From positions 372,001 to 436,000 of the forward strand of contig RSEE01000010.1 of the NCBI GenBank assembly GCA_003971905.1: 64,000 nt of DNA, given 5' to 3'. The notes under the pieces are model-generated. The model saw only the letters and a program-made list of their open reading frames with translations, searched no databases and was not told the origin of the DNA. Numbering within the stretch: the stretch's first letter is position 1; each line of letters opens with the position of its first letter. The DNA comes from Moniliella sp. 'wahieum' (Eukaryota). The position numbers and the translations under genes are program-made. Of this stretch, positions 23,124 through 35,615 are shown piece after piece.

Positions 23124-26100
23124 ATGGCGCTTCAGCGGCAGGTTGAAATCCGAACGCTACTCCCGCCCACCACGCTTGCTTGTGCCCCCCAGCACAGCCC
23201 CTGGCCTCCCCGCGCGCTGCCCCCCACCATGCGCATCCCCCTCGACGCCCGCCAGCACCACCGCCCTGCCAGCGGCAGCGACGACGACTCCAGCTCTGGC
23301 GGCGGCAGCAGCAGCTCCGGCTCTGGCTCTGGCTCCGCCCCCAACACGGGCTCCAGCCCCCCCTCCGGCTCCGGCTCCGGCTCCGGCTCCTCCACCTCTT
23401 CCACCCAGACCCTCGTCCTCAACCACATCAGCGGCGCCGGCTCATTGAGCTATACACTTGATGTTACAGTCGAGTCCCAGACGCTCCCTGTTCAGATCGA
23501 CACGGGCTCCAGCGATTTGTGGCTCGCTTCGTCGCGTTGCACCTCAGCACCCTGCCAAGGTGGCGCCAACGGCGAAGTCACCCTCTTCAACCCTCGCGGG
23601 GTCCGCAACGAGGACGCCAACGCCAACGTGACCTACCCCCAGGGCTCTGCCAATGGACCCATCGTTTCTGCCTCGTCTCTTTACGTCGGGCCGGGTCAGG
23701 CGCTACGGATCGACGGCCAGACATTCGTTTCAGCATCCGATGTCGACAACCTCCAGATGGGACCAGGCAACTTTACCGGTATGTTGGGGCTCGGGCCGCC
23801 CGCTGGATCCGTCGTCCAGACCGAGTTGTATGCGCAATCGGGCAACACGAACCAGGGCAACAATGTGAACGACTATGGCTCCACTGGCAGCGTTCTTCCT
23901 GCCTTGTTTCATGGCTTGCCTATCGGCTCCCGCTATATCAGTCTTGGTCTTCGCCGTCTTCCCTCCGAGGGCGGACAAGGCGACAGTACCCTTGCTCTCG
24001 GTGGTGTGGATGCCTCTTTTGTCCCGCCATTTCGGCTATTCACACCGAGGCAGTCGCGCCGGGGCCGGCTCTCAAGATGGGCTCAAGTTCGGACTCGGAC
24101 GACAATTCGGGGGAGATGGTATCCAGCGCGAGACAAGAACCGCGGTGGCGCACCTTTGTTCGTGGCTTGAGCATCGATGTGCAGGGAAGCAATACGAGTA
24201 TCCCTTTGCAGAGCACAGTGGGTGCACAGTACCCTCTTGCTCTTTTCTCTTCAGCTGTTCCCTACTCATTGGCCTCCTCCCATATGCTAGACGCTTTCTA
24301 TGGCGCGTATGGGTTCCAACCTTCGTCCGATGGGGGTTATTATGTGCCATGCAAAACGATGCTCAATGTGACGCTTCAGTTGGGCAACGGCCAAATCTCG
24401 ATCCCCATTCATCCGCTCGATCTCAACTTGGTTCAACAGAATAACGGTGCATCCGACTCGTCCTACTGTCTTGGCGGATTCCAAGCCATCGACGGACCCC
24501 AGGGTACTTTGGATGGAACCGGGATGGAGGGGGCTGACATGGTCATTGGTGCTGCTATGTACGTTTTGTCTTACTTTGGAAAGCGTTGGGATACTGACTC
24601 GAGCGCTCATTCCCAGGATGCGGAGTATTTACAGTGTTTTCAGTTGTGACCCGCTCAACGGCACAGTGGCCAGTTCCTCGGGGTGCAACCCGCAGATTGG
24701 CTTTTACCCTCTGGTGACCAATATCTCAGCAGCCCAAGATCAATTTAACCAAGTACGCGTCCAAAAGCACTCCCTTGGTCCTGATCCCAAGGCAAAGTCG
24801 AGCAGCAAGGGTCTGTCGGCCGGCATCAAGGCGCTGATTGGGGTTCTGTGTGCAGTGGCCGGCATTGTGCTCATCATGTTGGCCGTGCTGCTTTGGATGC
24901 GCCGGCAACGCAAGCAACGCCAGGCTCATGTTATGGCTATGAAGCTTCAATCGCGCGAGCCCAAACCGGGCGAATCTGGTCTGGCTAGCTCAGCTGGGCT
25001 TGGGGCAGCGGGCATGTCGCATACCATGTCGGACAAGACCCCAGGCCCGCTGGAAGGGTTGATGCCAACGGTTTCACGGTCGGGCCGCATTTCGGCTGAC
25101 TCGTTCCACTCGCCAGCGGAGAGTATGCGGTCCAACTGGACGGGCAATCAGCTGGAGCATGCACGTCAGGTCAACTTGATGAACGGTGTATTTGACGAAG
25201 ATGTCGGCCAGCCGGGAGACGAGGACCCGACAACCCCCGCGGCCGCGGGAGTAGCAGCCAACTTTGGTTCACATTTGTCTCCCACCGATCCGGCCGGGGC
25301 AACTTCTTCCGTCGGCCTTACCTCCTCCAACCTGGACCCTAACGATCCGTATCGCGATGCCAAAAATCAAGGGAGCCTACCTCAAGAAGCATCCCTCGTT
25401 TGAGCGCCACCCTCCTCCTCCAGCAAGTACGGATCCCTTTGCCTCGGACTCGTCTCCAATCGAGGGTCCTCCGTCGGCACAATCGCCACCGGCCGCTGCA
25501 GACGCTGAGGTCGCTGGGACGGCTAGGGCAGGCGCTTCAGCTTCGAACTTGGCCAATTCGGACGTTTTGGACCCCTTTGCGTCTCATCCGCCGTCTCATC
25601 CCCCACGTCGAGTGCTAGCGACGAAGGAAGCGGGAGCGACCACCTCTTCCACCCATCAAAGCCGAACCCCCCCATCCCTTCCCAGGGACCTTCTCCCCGG
25701 GCGGAGTTGGTGTCGGCCCCGGCAATGGAAGCTCGGGCACCGTCATCTACCTCTGGGCACACAGCCTACGAGTCACTGGACGAGATGCAAGACCTGGCCG
25801 CGCTGCCTGGTGCGCAGGCAGCTGTGCTCGGAACGGAGCAGGTGCCTACCCAGCGTGGACATAGCCCTACCTCTTCTGCTTCCCCCCCCGCCCCGCAGCA
25901 GCCGAGGCGTTGGTGCGCACAGGATCTCACTCCCCGCCCCCGAGGAAACCCGTGCCTACCACCCCGACGGCGTTGAAGCGCACTTCGCCCACCGCCCCGC
26001 ATGCATCAGCCCCGCCCACCGACGTCACGACGACTCCCATTGTGGATACCACCACTACGGGCACCGGCCCTGTTGCTACGATGGCCGCCGCGCATAACTC

Positions 26101-27013
26101 TACCAATGCTCCCGCCCCCACCCCGGCTTCGGCTCCCAAGCCCGCACCTGCACCAGCACCTGTTCCTATTCCTGCTCCTGTCCCTGAAACGGTTCCTGCT
26201 CATCCCGTATCTGTTCCCGTATCTGTTCCCGCCCCGACTCCCGCTTTTGTTCCCGCCCCTGCTCCTGCTCCTGCCTCGATCCCTGCACCCACTCCCACTT
26301 TCACCGCTGCGCCGGCTCCGGCAACCACCCCTGTTATTGATTCGGCTCGTGCCCTCGGCACGGCTCCTCCCGCCACTGCACCTCCCAAAGCCACAGCCCC
26401 CACTCCTGTGTCTCCCCCCGAGTCGGACCTCGCGGCATCTGCCCCGTCGGCGCCTATCTCTACGGCCAAGGTACCCCGCACCACTCTACCTCCTGTTACC
26501 ACGCAATCGTCGACCGGACACAGTGCACCAATTGTTCCTTCTCCTTTGGGGCCGGTTGGACGTCCCTCCCAAACGCTGCCCTCGCGCTCTCCCGCTGCGT
26601 CATTGCGAATGGCCTCTGGCCCTGCTCCGCCTCGTGCAAGCATGATGTCCCCTCCATCTATGCGGGCCGCTTCGACGGGCGGGCCGCCTGCTGGGGCCGC
26701 ACCGATGATGGCACCCGACTTGTTCTTCGACCCTAGCCTGCTTCCCCCTCCCCTGCCCGCCGGAGGGAAGGGTGGGCTCAATGCTCTGGCTCACCAGCTC
26801 CACCGTGCCACAGCCGGAACCAGTTCCGCGTTCAACCCGTCGGGCTCGGTGTCGGGTCATGCCACACCTTCGCAATGGTCGCCTACCTCATCCTGGACGT
26901 CTCCGACGCAGAGCTTCGTGCCGGCGCCTCATGTACGGATGCAGCCTGCGTTCATGCAACAGCAGCAGCAGCAGGACCGGCAGGACGATAGCGATGATAA
27001 CGGACATCTGTGA
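23124..27013 (+). CDS. Pepsin-like (peptidase A1) single-pass membrane protein with a long Pro/Ala/Ser-rich tail; intron about 24558-24617; several frameshifts; start uncertain
   Basis: QIDTGSSDLW, GMLGLG, YYVPC, IPIHPLDL and CLGGFQ; TM helix ALIGVLCAVAGIVLIMLAVLLW followed by basic residues. Joining the tail ORFs (25264-27013) is inferred. Confidence 0.75.
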
Positions 27014-28324
27014 TCCTACCATTTCTCCAGACCCCTCTTTTGCTTCCCCTTCTTGCCTCTGTTCCCTTTTTTTCTTTGGTTCTCCCGTCCTTGCCGTTGT
27101 CACCAGCCTGGCCCGCATTTCCATGCCCCCGCTTTGGCTTTGGGTCTTGGCCCCTTTGAATTGCCCGGGAGCAGGAGATGCGGTGTAGGGCGAGGATATA
27201 ACAGCGACAAAGGTGCGCCTTTCTCTGTACCTCGTTCATTACATGTCTGTTTGATGTCCCGTCTCCCTTCGCGTGTTTTGTCCTGGCGTCGACATGCGCC
27301 CGAGCCCCTGAAACTATATCTTGGTAAAAGCCATGTAGCATGAAAGAACGATGATCGATGATGTGGATGACGCTGGCGTGCAAAAGCACAGGAGACCGGG
27401 CGATGTTTTAAACTCGATTCACTTCGCGACTTTCTCGGCCTTTCGATCGCCTCCGTCGATCTCCAAACTTTCTTCTTCGGTGGTGTCTTCCGCGCTCACG
27501 CGCTCACCCTCCAACCTTCCGCAACTTGCAGGTATACACCGATATTGACACCGACACCGATGAGCCCGGCCCTACAACTTCAGCCACACCCTTCCGCTCG
27601 CGGCGCGTCGACGAAAAAACACGAGATGAGACACAATTCCTTGATCCATTCCCTGCAAGTGACGGCACTTCCTCCTACCTCCTATCCATCCTTTAATTAT
27701 CACCCCGTTCCAGCACCCGTAACGCGTCAGCTCAGTGGGCGCTGTCCCACCTCCACTATCCGTGGGTTGGGTTCATGGTAACCAAATACCCTCCTGTGGT
27801 CTGAATTATGATGTGGATGGCCTCTTAGTATAGTCATCACTACCGACCCCTTTTTGATAGTGTACACGTCATCAATATCCATGGTGGCAGTGATGTCGCT
27901 GATGTCAGAAACCTTAATTATTCTGACATCGAGGATGTCAGCGCCATCTCGGCTCTCCCTAGCGATCCTGAGGTCAAGGACGCGAGTGAGGTCAAATCTG
28001 TTGTCGGCGATCACAACGACATCAGTGCCATCAGTCTTCAAGCTTCAACGTTCAAAAGCAAAAGGCAATGGTCCCTGGATCTGCTTATGCAACCTCGATG
28101 GTGGCCGGTCAGAGGGGCACCCTCGCATCGTATCTTTGTGCGGGGCGATGGCCCCGTGTTCCGCCGCTGTTCCGCCTCCTTGGGTGTGTTTGCCGCGTAT
28201 TCGCTGCTTCGCCACAGTTGACCAGCGATGGGCCAGACATTCATCAATCACACCACTACTTTTCTTTGCATCTCGTCCAACTGAGCGATCTGTGGGTGAC
28301 CGCTATGCGCTTCTCACTAGGAAA

Positions 28325-28552
28325 CCACCGGGCCCACGGCCCGGTCTGCTGAGGCTTCGCCCCAGCCTGTTGGGCTGGGTCTCCGTTGCCACCGTAGCCG
28401 CCGTTCCACTGGTCCACCGGTCCACACCGTTCCACGCTGGAGAGACGAAATAATATCACCAACGAGGAGACCACCGGGCCTACGGCCCGGTCAGCTCTTC
28501 GCCCCAGCTCGGTGCTTGGCCGCCCCTTAGCCACCGTTCCCCCTAGAGATAC
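28325..28552 (+). repeat. Local imperfect direct duplication
   Basis: ccaccgggcc.acggcccggtc.gct..cttcgccccagc at 28325 and 28471. Confidence 0.7.
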
Positions 28553-29039
28553 GCGCTGGCTTGGTGGACTGGAACGTGGCACGCGTCAGCTGATGTAAAA
28601 GTGTACAGGGCGTTTCCCACATTTCCCATTTTTTCACCCGGCCTCACGTAGTACGAAGAGTACTAGAGTATTGGTGGAGCTAGTGTAGCGGCTAGCGAAG
28701 CTTGAAGCTTGAAGAGCTAGTGAAGCGAAGCTTGAAGAGAGTAGAGATCTGAGAATCGCAGTAGGCGATCAGTCGATGGCGCCGCAGGCAGCAGGGTTGT
28801 ACTGGTGCTCTCGTGCGGCCCCGTGCGGCGCCAGTACAGAAGGGGCTGTGTAGTGTAAGGTGCATCCCAAAGCATCTAAATACGATGGGCGTGAGAAAAT
28901 GGTCTCGTCGGTCTGAGCAAACGAGCAACTCATGTAACGCCGCAGGCGCAGACCGCGTACCGGAAGGTGTTGAGCCATCAGGTGGCTCGTGCTTTGGCCA
29001 ATGTCCCTTCAGTTCCTCCTCAGGCCTAGGAGTTCCGTT

Positions 29040-29220
29040 GTTTTTCTCTCCTGTTTTTCCTTGTTCCGCAGCTTAGCCCCTGGTGGCGACTCGCTGCTTA
29101 ATGTTCCTCTGTAGTAGGCGTTGTTGGTTGGCTTAGACCACCACCACCACCATCAGTGCGATTGCATCACCTTCGAGGACCATCTGGACTCCAGCTCTCA
29201 TCAGAAGGCGGTACATGAGA
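29040..29220 (+). repeat. Dispersed repeat copy, homologous to 37075-37245
   Basis: Shared cctgttttccttgttc..gcttagcccct..gcgact.gctgc..ctctgtag..tggttgg.ttaga..ccaccaccacca..tcgaggaccatc. Confidence 0.75.
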
Positions 29221-29340
29221 GCACCGCGACGCCTTTAAAGCTCTGTCAATGATAGGGATGCAGTATAGAGAAAACTAGTAACTCCGCTCCTCCTCTCACT
29301 GGCATGGTTCGGTGTAAGTAATCTAATGTCCTTGACCCAA

Positions 29341-31056
29341 GTTGCAACACGGTGGTTGAGCTCCGTTGTTTTGGCCAACGTCTCTAATCGCCAAGTGGCA
29401 CCCCAGTAGGGTAAAGACGTAGTGCAAAAGCGCCGAACCTTCCTGGTCATTCCTTCCAATATACTCCTTCCTGGAAGGCACAGGAGTATTCTCTAGCCTG
29501 TGTATTTTCTTGACTCTTGTTACGAGGCACTCCGGTGTCTCCCGACGCAGAGCCCCGCATGTCATAGGCATCTCTTACTAGCACGTCAGTCTCTACATAG
29601 GCTAGCAAGAGAGAGCTTATCTATCCATGCAGCTGGGATCCTTCGCAGCCCGCTCAATATGGGCGCATGGGTACTGTTATGGGCGCTCCGGTCATCTCTC
29701 CGGAGACCACCCCGCATGTCGTAGAACCCTCATCGACGCACACGCCATTCCCACGACACTTGTGAGTAAAAGCCAGCACGGACGACTTGCCACGGATGTT
29801 TTCCGCGGAGTGCCAGGAGAGGACCGGACTTAACGGTACGATGCTTCGTATCAGCGGCATCCGGTCTTGATAGAACTCCACATCGACTGCGCCCCCCCGG
29901 CTCGCAGTCTGGACAGAACATGCCGCCCTTTTCCGTTTACTACTGTAGATTCCCCTTCCTTCTGTTGACGCCTGTTGTGATGTTACGATATATAAGCAGT
30001 CGGTCGGAGGCTCGCTGGCGGTGATCCTCACCGTTGGGCCCCCACGTCAAAACCCCCGTCTATACTCCCGACTTCCCTCTTCAAGCTTCACTCCTCACCG
30101 TTATATGCTTACGAATTTACGACTTACGTCGAGCACTCTGCAATAAGTCGCGGTTACTATATCAGTAGCACTTGCTCTTATTTAGGACTCTGTCTGTTCC
30201 CGCCAACTATAGCGTACCAAGTGTGGTAACCAACTATAGCGTACCAAGTGTGGTAACCCGCGAGGAACGGAGTAACTTCGGAGATCTTGCACCCCTCCAA
30301 TTGGTCTTACGACTTACGAACACGGCTCCTACCTCGGAGGGTCTGAGCTGCGGCCTTTGCACGCAGGCAGCTACCCAAACTAGAGGGTCTCTCCCTTGCC
30401 TCTATACCCGCTCGGTTCAACCAGGATCTGAAGCAGGACCTAACGTACGCAACTTTAATGCCATGTCCAAGGGCTTTCACCCCTGAATTCTGGGGTCGAG
30501 CTCCGTCTCGGGGCTCGCCCCATGACAGGTACGATGCTTTTTGTTCCCATTGCGCCCACAGTCTTGGCAGAGCCCTTTGTCTGCTGCGCCCCCTACCGGA
30601 CCGCGGACTTGACAGAACAAACTGCGCTTTATGCCTTACTACTGTAGCTCTCTCTTGCTAGGCATGTAGAGACTGATGACGTGTTTGGAAGAGATGCCTA
30701 TGACATGTGTGGCTCCCCGTCGAGAGACACCGGAGCGTCCCATAACAGCTCTGTAGCTCACCCGCTCATGTGCAAAATGCAATACACCGTCAACTGCCTG
30801 CTCTCTGGTCTTTCACATCATTATTCAGCCACCGGACACGGTTCCATGCGCTAGTATGTCCGTCGAAGCGGACGGTGCACTACACAGTGCAAGTACTTGC
30901 GCTATGTGTGGCAGTTGCAGCACGGTTCCATGTGGCGTATACCAGGCCAAGTGCCAGTCGCCAAGTGGCACCACAGTAGGGTAAAAGGGCAGCCTAAGGG
31001 ACCCTTCCTTATCATTCCTTCCAACATTCCTTCCTGGAGGGAGTATTCTCTAGCCT
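29341..31056. repeat. Nested repeat relic: direct repeats 29341-29499 / 30913-31056, inverted repeats 29530-29617 / 30646-30734, and a 27-bp tandem pair at about 30203-30257
   Basis: tcgccaagtggcacc.cagtagggtaaa..tcattccttccaa..ggagtattctctagcct occurs twice; catgtcataggcatctctt..tcagtctctacat..ctagcaagagagagct pairs with its reverse complement; (caactatagcgtaccaagtgtggtaac)2. Confidence 0.75.
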
Positions 31057-32589
31057 CTACTGTAGCTCTCATGTGCAAATGTTTAGTAGCACTCGTAGCA
31101 GTTATTAAAGGCGAGGCCAGCTCTTACTCCCCACCTCCTGAACGCTTTCGGACCCCGCAAGTCTCGATATGACTCCCATCAGACCCGGTGTGGGATTTTG
31201 ATGACAGCCAGTGGCCTAGCGAGGCAACCAGACTGCATCCAGGACCAGCAGGACGACATCCGCCCACACCCCGGCCATACGTTTGTTCACCTCCAAGCCG
31301 ACTTCCAAGCCGGGGCCAGCCGCCTGTTGGAGAGCATGACGTGCCCGGCACCCCATGTGGAGGGCCATGATCCGACTCCAAGATCAGGTCTCGCAGGCGT
31401 CCGCGAAGCCCTAAGTGGAGTAAACGAAATGCAACATGAACTCCATGAAGCCCAAAACGGAAAGTTCTTCATGAGATCATGACGCGGACGGCCACGACGC
31501 AGGCCAGTGCGAGTCAAGATGAAGAAACGCGGACTGGAGATGATGTTGGCCAAGTCCGCAGCCCTATGTCTGTAAGCCTCCAACATTTTTCATCTTCAGA
31601 TGATTAAGGCTGACCACAGCATCTTTTCCGTTTAACCGCATTTTGGTTTTGCAACGCAAAAACAGCTAGTCATGTGTTGAATGAAGGCGCCTGAGAAGCG
31701 TCTCATCTCTAGGAGCCTTCTGTGCGGTGTGTACTATCTATCTTAACCGCTCGAGACCCAGCTTTCTCTCTGACAAAAGGAAGAAAGGAAGATTGGGCTG
31801 AACAGGAATGGGCCAAAACTCACGCTGTCAGACCGAGGCCTCCTGGCACCGTTATCGATGCTGTAAAGGGTGCCTAGGCCAAGAAAAGTACGGGCAAGGA
31901 TACCGCTAGCGATAGCGGCAGCTATCCGCTACGAGATCGTAACTAATGTGCGTATCTTCATTTGGTTCCTTTCCTCTTCACGGTACGTTCTGAACGCTTC
32001 TACCCGAACCCACTTGCAGGTGTGGAGCCGCACCACTGGGTACGTAAGGCCCGCGGGCCCACGTTGGGTGTCGCCAGTGTCGCCTCATTTCGTAAGAAGG
32101 TTGTCAAACATGACCTGGGATACTATGACCGCAACCTCAAAACGGCGTGGAGGGCAGGATCCGTCCGATGCGCATTCCCATCCTCCTTCATCTCTGTCTC
32201 GATTTGCTGAATATACAACCAGGTGGAGAAGCTGTCTAACGGACTTTGAAACCAGTGGGACATTTCACTGGATGTCATCCCTGAGACTCCGATGCAACTG
32301 TACCCGCTGAGCCTCGTTGCAGCGCCTGTGATACTAACCCTTCGAACACATGTGGTGACCGGCCCGATATGCAATACCAATCTATCCAAATACCAGATCT
32401 CCTCTTTTGTGGTTTAATTATAGGATTAGCCATTATTATTGGATAGTCCCCCCCATTGGCAAGGAACGTGTACGCAGCAGGAGCAGTCATAGTCCTCGAT
32501 GTCGACAGTGTCATCGGGAGACATTGATGTCGGGGTACCCGGGGACATCTATGCCATCGTTGGAGACCTATTACCCCTATGGTATCACC

Positions 32590-32780
32590 CACGTCAATGA
32601 CACCCCCGACGTCTAAGCCTCCCCCGACGTCAATGACACCCCCGACGTCTAAGCCTCCCCCGGCGTCAATGACACCCCCGACGTCTAAGCCCCCTCCGAC
32701 GTCTAAGGAACTCACGACGTCAATGACACCCCCGACGTCAATGACATCCCCGACGTCTAAGGCACCCCCGACGTCTAAGG
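32590..32780. repeat. 18-bp minisatellite of about 10 units
   Basis: Alternating gacgtcaatgacaccccc and gacgtctaagcctccccc units. Confidence 0.9.
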
Positions 32781-33340
32781 CATCATTGGTAGTGCTGTCA
32801 TCGCCGACATATTTGACGTGAACCCTATCATTGATAGCGCGTAACCCTTTGATGTTTTCCCCGTCCCTGATGTCTTTGATACATTGAGCGAGTCTGATAT
32901 CCATGTCGCCAGTGACACCCATTTCGTATCTGACATCATGGACATCACTACCGTCCCCGTCATCGAGAACAGCTGCGTTATTTACTTGATTTCTATGAAA
33001 CCAAAGTTCTCGTCCTATATCCATGATAATCATAGATATCCACGACATCAATGGACGTCAGAAAGGGGTCCGTAGTGATAGTAGGAAAAATGTGTTCTGC
33101 AAAGGATGCTTAAATATGGAATAAGAGAATGAGAGTAGGTTGGCCAAAGCAAGGACAAGGCAAGGGAGAATCGCAGCAAAAATCAACTGAATAAAATATC
33201 CGAAGGCTGGAAATGTAAAGACAGGGATCGCAGGGTGGCTAGGAATGATAAGTAGAAGGAAATGGACTCGGCTGGCAGATAGAACCAAGGGCAAAGAAAA
33301 AAGGCAAAAAAGGCAAATATCCGGGAAAGAATGGAAATAG

Positions 33341-35477
33341 TTACATCAGGCTGGCCCATCCGACCAGCAAGGCTGCCCCCAGAGCTGCCAACGAGGGCAA
33401 GGTGTGCGCAGAGGCACTGGTACGGCCTTTGCTCGTTTCCGCACCTTGTGGGGGTGAGGTGGCCGTTTGAGGTCCCGTGCCAGTGTAGATGGTCATTGGC
33501 GGCTGGTCAAAGCCGGAATTGTTGCGGGGAACGGGGAGAGGGGAGAGGGTGCCAATGTCTGGCTTGACGGGCACCATGCCGATCGTGCTCATGTCGCCCC
33601 CAATCGAGACAAACTTGCCCTGGGAAGGGACACCGGCGATGGTCACAAATAGCAGCGCTGGGCCCTGGGTAACTAGGTTCGGGTTGGGGGTGGTAAAGGG
33701 TTTACCGTGTAGACCACGCTTCCATCTTCCTGTACGTCCCACGTATGTTCGAGTTGGAGCGCGCGCTGGCCCATGTGCATGGCGTGGGTGGCAAAGCCAG
33801 GACGAATGACCATGAACTTGGTCGACGCCGCGAGGGCATTGGATGATTTGTTGAAATAGCGAGCGGGGACGGTGACGTTGAAACTGGGGCCACCATAGGG
33901 TAAGACGGTTGGCAAGCCTTGGGGTTCGGGCCGAGGCGCAAAGAAGTAGTCCGGGTACCAACGTTCCAAGACATATGTGGTGTTGTACCCCGGCTTGCTA
34001 GATGCGAGAGGCATGCTGAGGCTCACATCTTGGTGCGGGTTGCTACCACCGATCAGGACCGAGCCATCGGGAATGAGCAAGGCAGTGGAATGGTACAGCC
34101 GGGCATATTGGGAGGAAGAAAAGTTGGCGCGGCGAAGCGCTTGCCCATGGGTGCTTCGGGAGTATACAGCAGAAGTGTGGTGACTGGTCCAGCCGCAAAT
34201 CCCTCCAAGTTGATTGTCTGGCCATTGTGCTGAATCGTGTTCCACGACGTATTGCCATAGCCCGACGTACCGTTCTCGGCACCATTAACAATCAGCATCT
34301 GGCCTGTGGGCAGAAGGACAAACTCGCCCATGGTCCAACCGTGGGGCAGAGGGTCTTCTTGGACAAACTGCGGGTTGGCCATTGGCGAGCCATCGGCATT
34401 TTCAGGTATGATTGACGCACAATTTGTGGAGGCTGGGGTTTCATACATGTTGATGTTGGGCGCCGTGTAGTTACCCCATTGGTCATCATCATCAAGTACA
34501 GTACCTCCACAGAAGAGAATTTCCGGTGTGTATTTGTTGGCCGGCGTGAGCGGCTTCATGGCAGTCGCTGCCGATGCAGGGTACACCCTGACCACTCCAC
34601 CAGGTGTGTCGGGTAGGGGGGTTTCCACGTTTTGGTCATGGTCCCAAATGATGTTGGAAATGTTGGCGTTCATAAAGATCTTGCCACTGGGGAGAAGGAA
34701 CATATGAGGGTACATATTGAGGCCACTGGTGGTGGTCATGAACTGGGACATCTGCATGCCTTGGTAAGAGCCGGGGGCGCTGATGTTGGTACGGTTAGGG
34801 AAGTACTCGTAGGTCGGGTTGGCTCCGCCCACATCGAGGTTATAGATGGATCCGCCACCAGTTGCGGTGGCAAATGTGGGGTCCGTATTGGGCGTGTTTC
34901 GGTTGATGTATCCGCCACCTGTAGCGCCTCCAACGATCACGGCCTCCCCGGAAGCGAGCGTCTCGACTGTGGGGTACCAACGTTTGCTTGCCATGGCCAA
35001 ATGGCCATCGTCGTCCCAGTTGAGGTTGGAGGCGGGCACATTGATATCCAAGAGACGGATGGCCTTGCGCCCATCGAGATTTTGGTATGGGTTGGCATCG
35101 CCTTGGAGAGCGGCACCCCCGTATTGTACGGCCTGGTTGCCACCAACGACGATCCAGGAGCCATTAGGCATGGTAGCGCCAGCAGCACAAAATGTGTTGG
35201 TCTGAACATCCATCGCTCGGGCCGAGCCATCGGTGAGGTCAATCAGCGACGCCCAGACGGGTTTTCCGCTGGGTAGCTTGGCGGGGTTGCCCTCGACCTT
35301 GTCAAGGACAAAAACAGTTTGGTTGTCGACGAGACCGAGCATCATGGCTGAAGCAAGAGAGTCTTTGGTGAAGACCTCGTACGTCAGCGGGGCCGCACCC
35401 TGGGCGTGAGGGACGGCAGAGAGGGAGAGAGCGAGGCCGGCGATGAAGGCCGCCTTCACAGCCGAGCGGCGCATCAT
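33341..35477 (-). CDS. Copper radical oxidase / glyoxal oxidase (AA5_1), secreted, probable GPI-like C-terminus; frameshifts near 34120 and 33700
   Basis: Signal peptide MMRRSAVKAAFIAGLAL; NTFCAAG, RWYPT, MYPHMFLLPSG, RVYPASAA, RLYHSTALLIPDGSVLIGGSNP, GFATHAMHMGQR and PGP-like ALLFV; hydrophobic end ALGAALLVGWASLM. Resembles the Ustilago Glo1 type. Confidence 0.92.
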
Positions 35478-35509
35478 GGGCAGATGTGAGAGGAAATTAT
35501 CAAGGAATG

Positions 35510-35615
35510 AGGGGGAAGAGAGGAGGAGGCGAGGAAGAGAGGAGGAGGAGAGGAAGAGAGGAGGAGGAGGCGAAGAGAGGAGGAGGAAAGGAAGAGAGGA
35601 TGAAGAGGATGAAGA
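35510..35615 (+). repeat. Purine-rich (GAG/GAA)n tract, reading as a pyrimidine-rich 5' UTR of the oxidase gene
   Basis: gaggaggaggagaggaagagag... read directly. Confidence 0.7.

Noticed and set aside
31124..32400. Short ORFs as gene fragments
   Set aside because: No family motif could be identified with confidence.
32590..32780. CRISPR-like array
   Set aside because: The units are contiguous 18-mers without unique spacers, no cas genes are present, and the context is eukaryotic.
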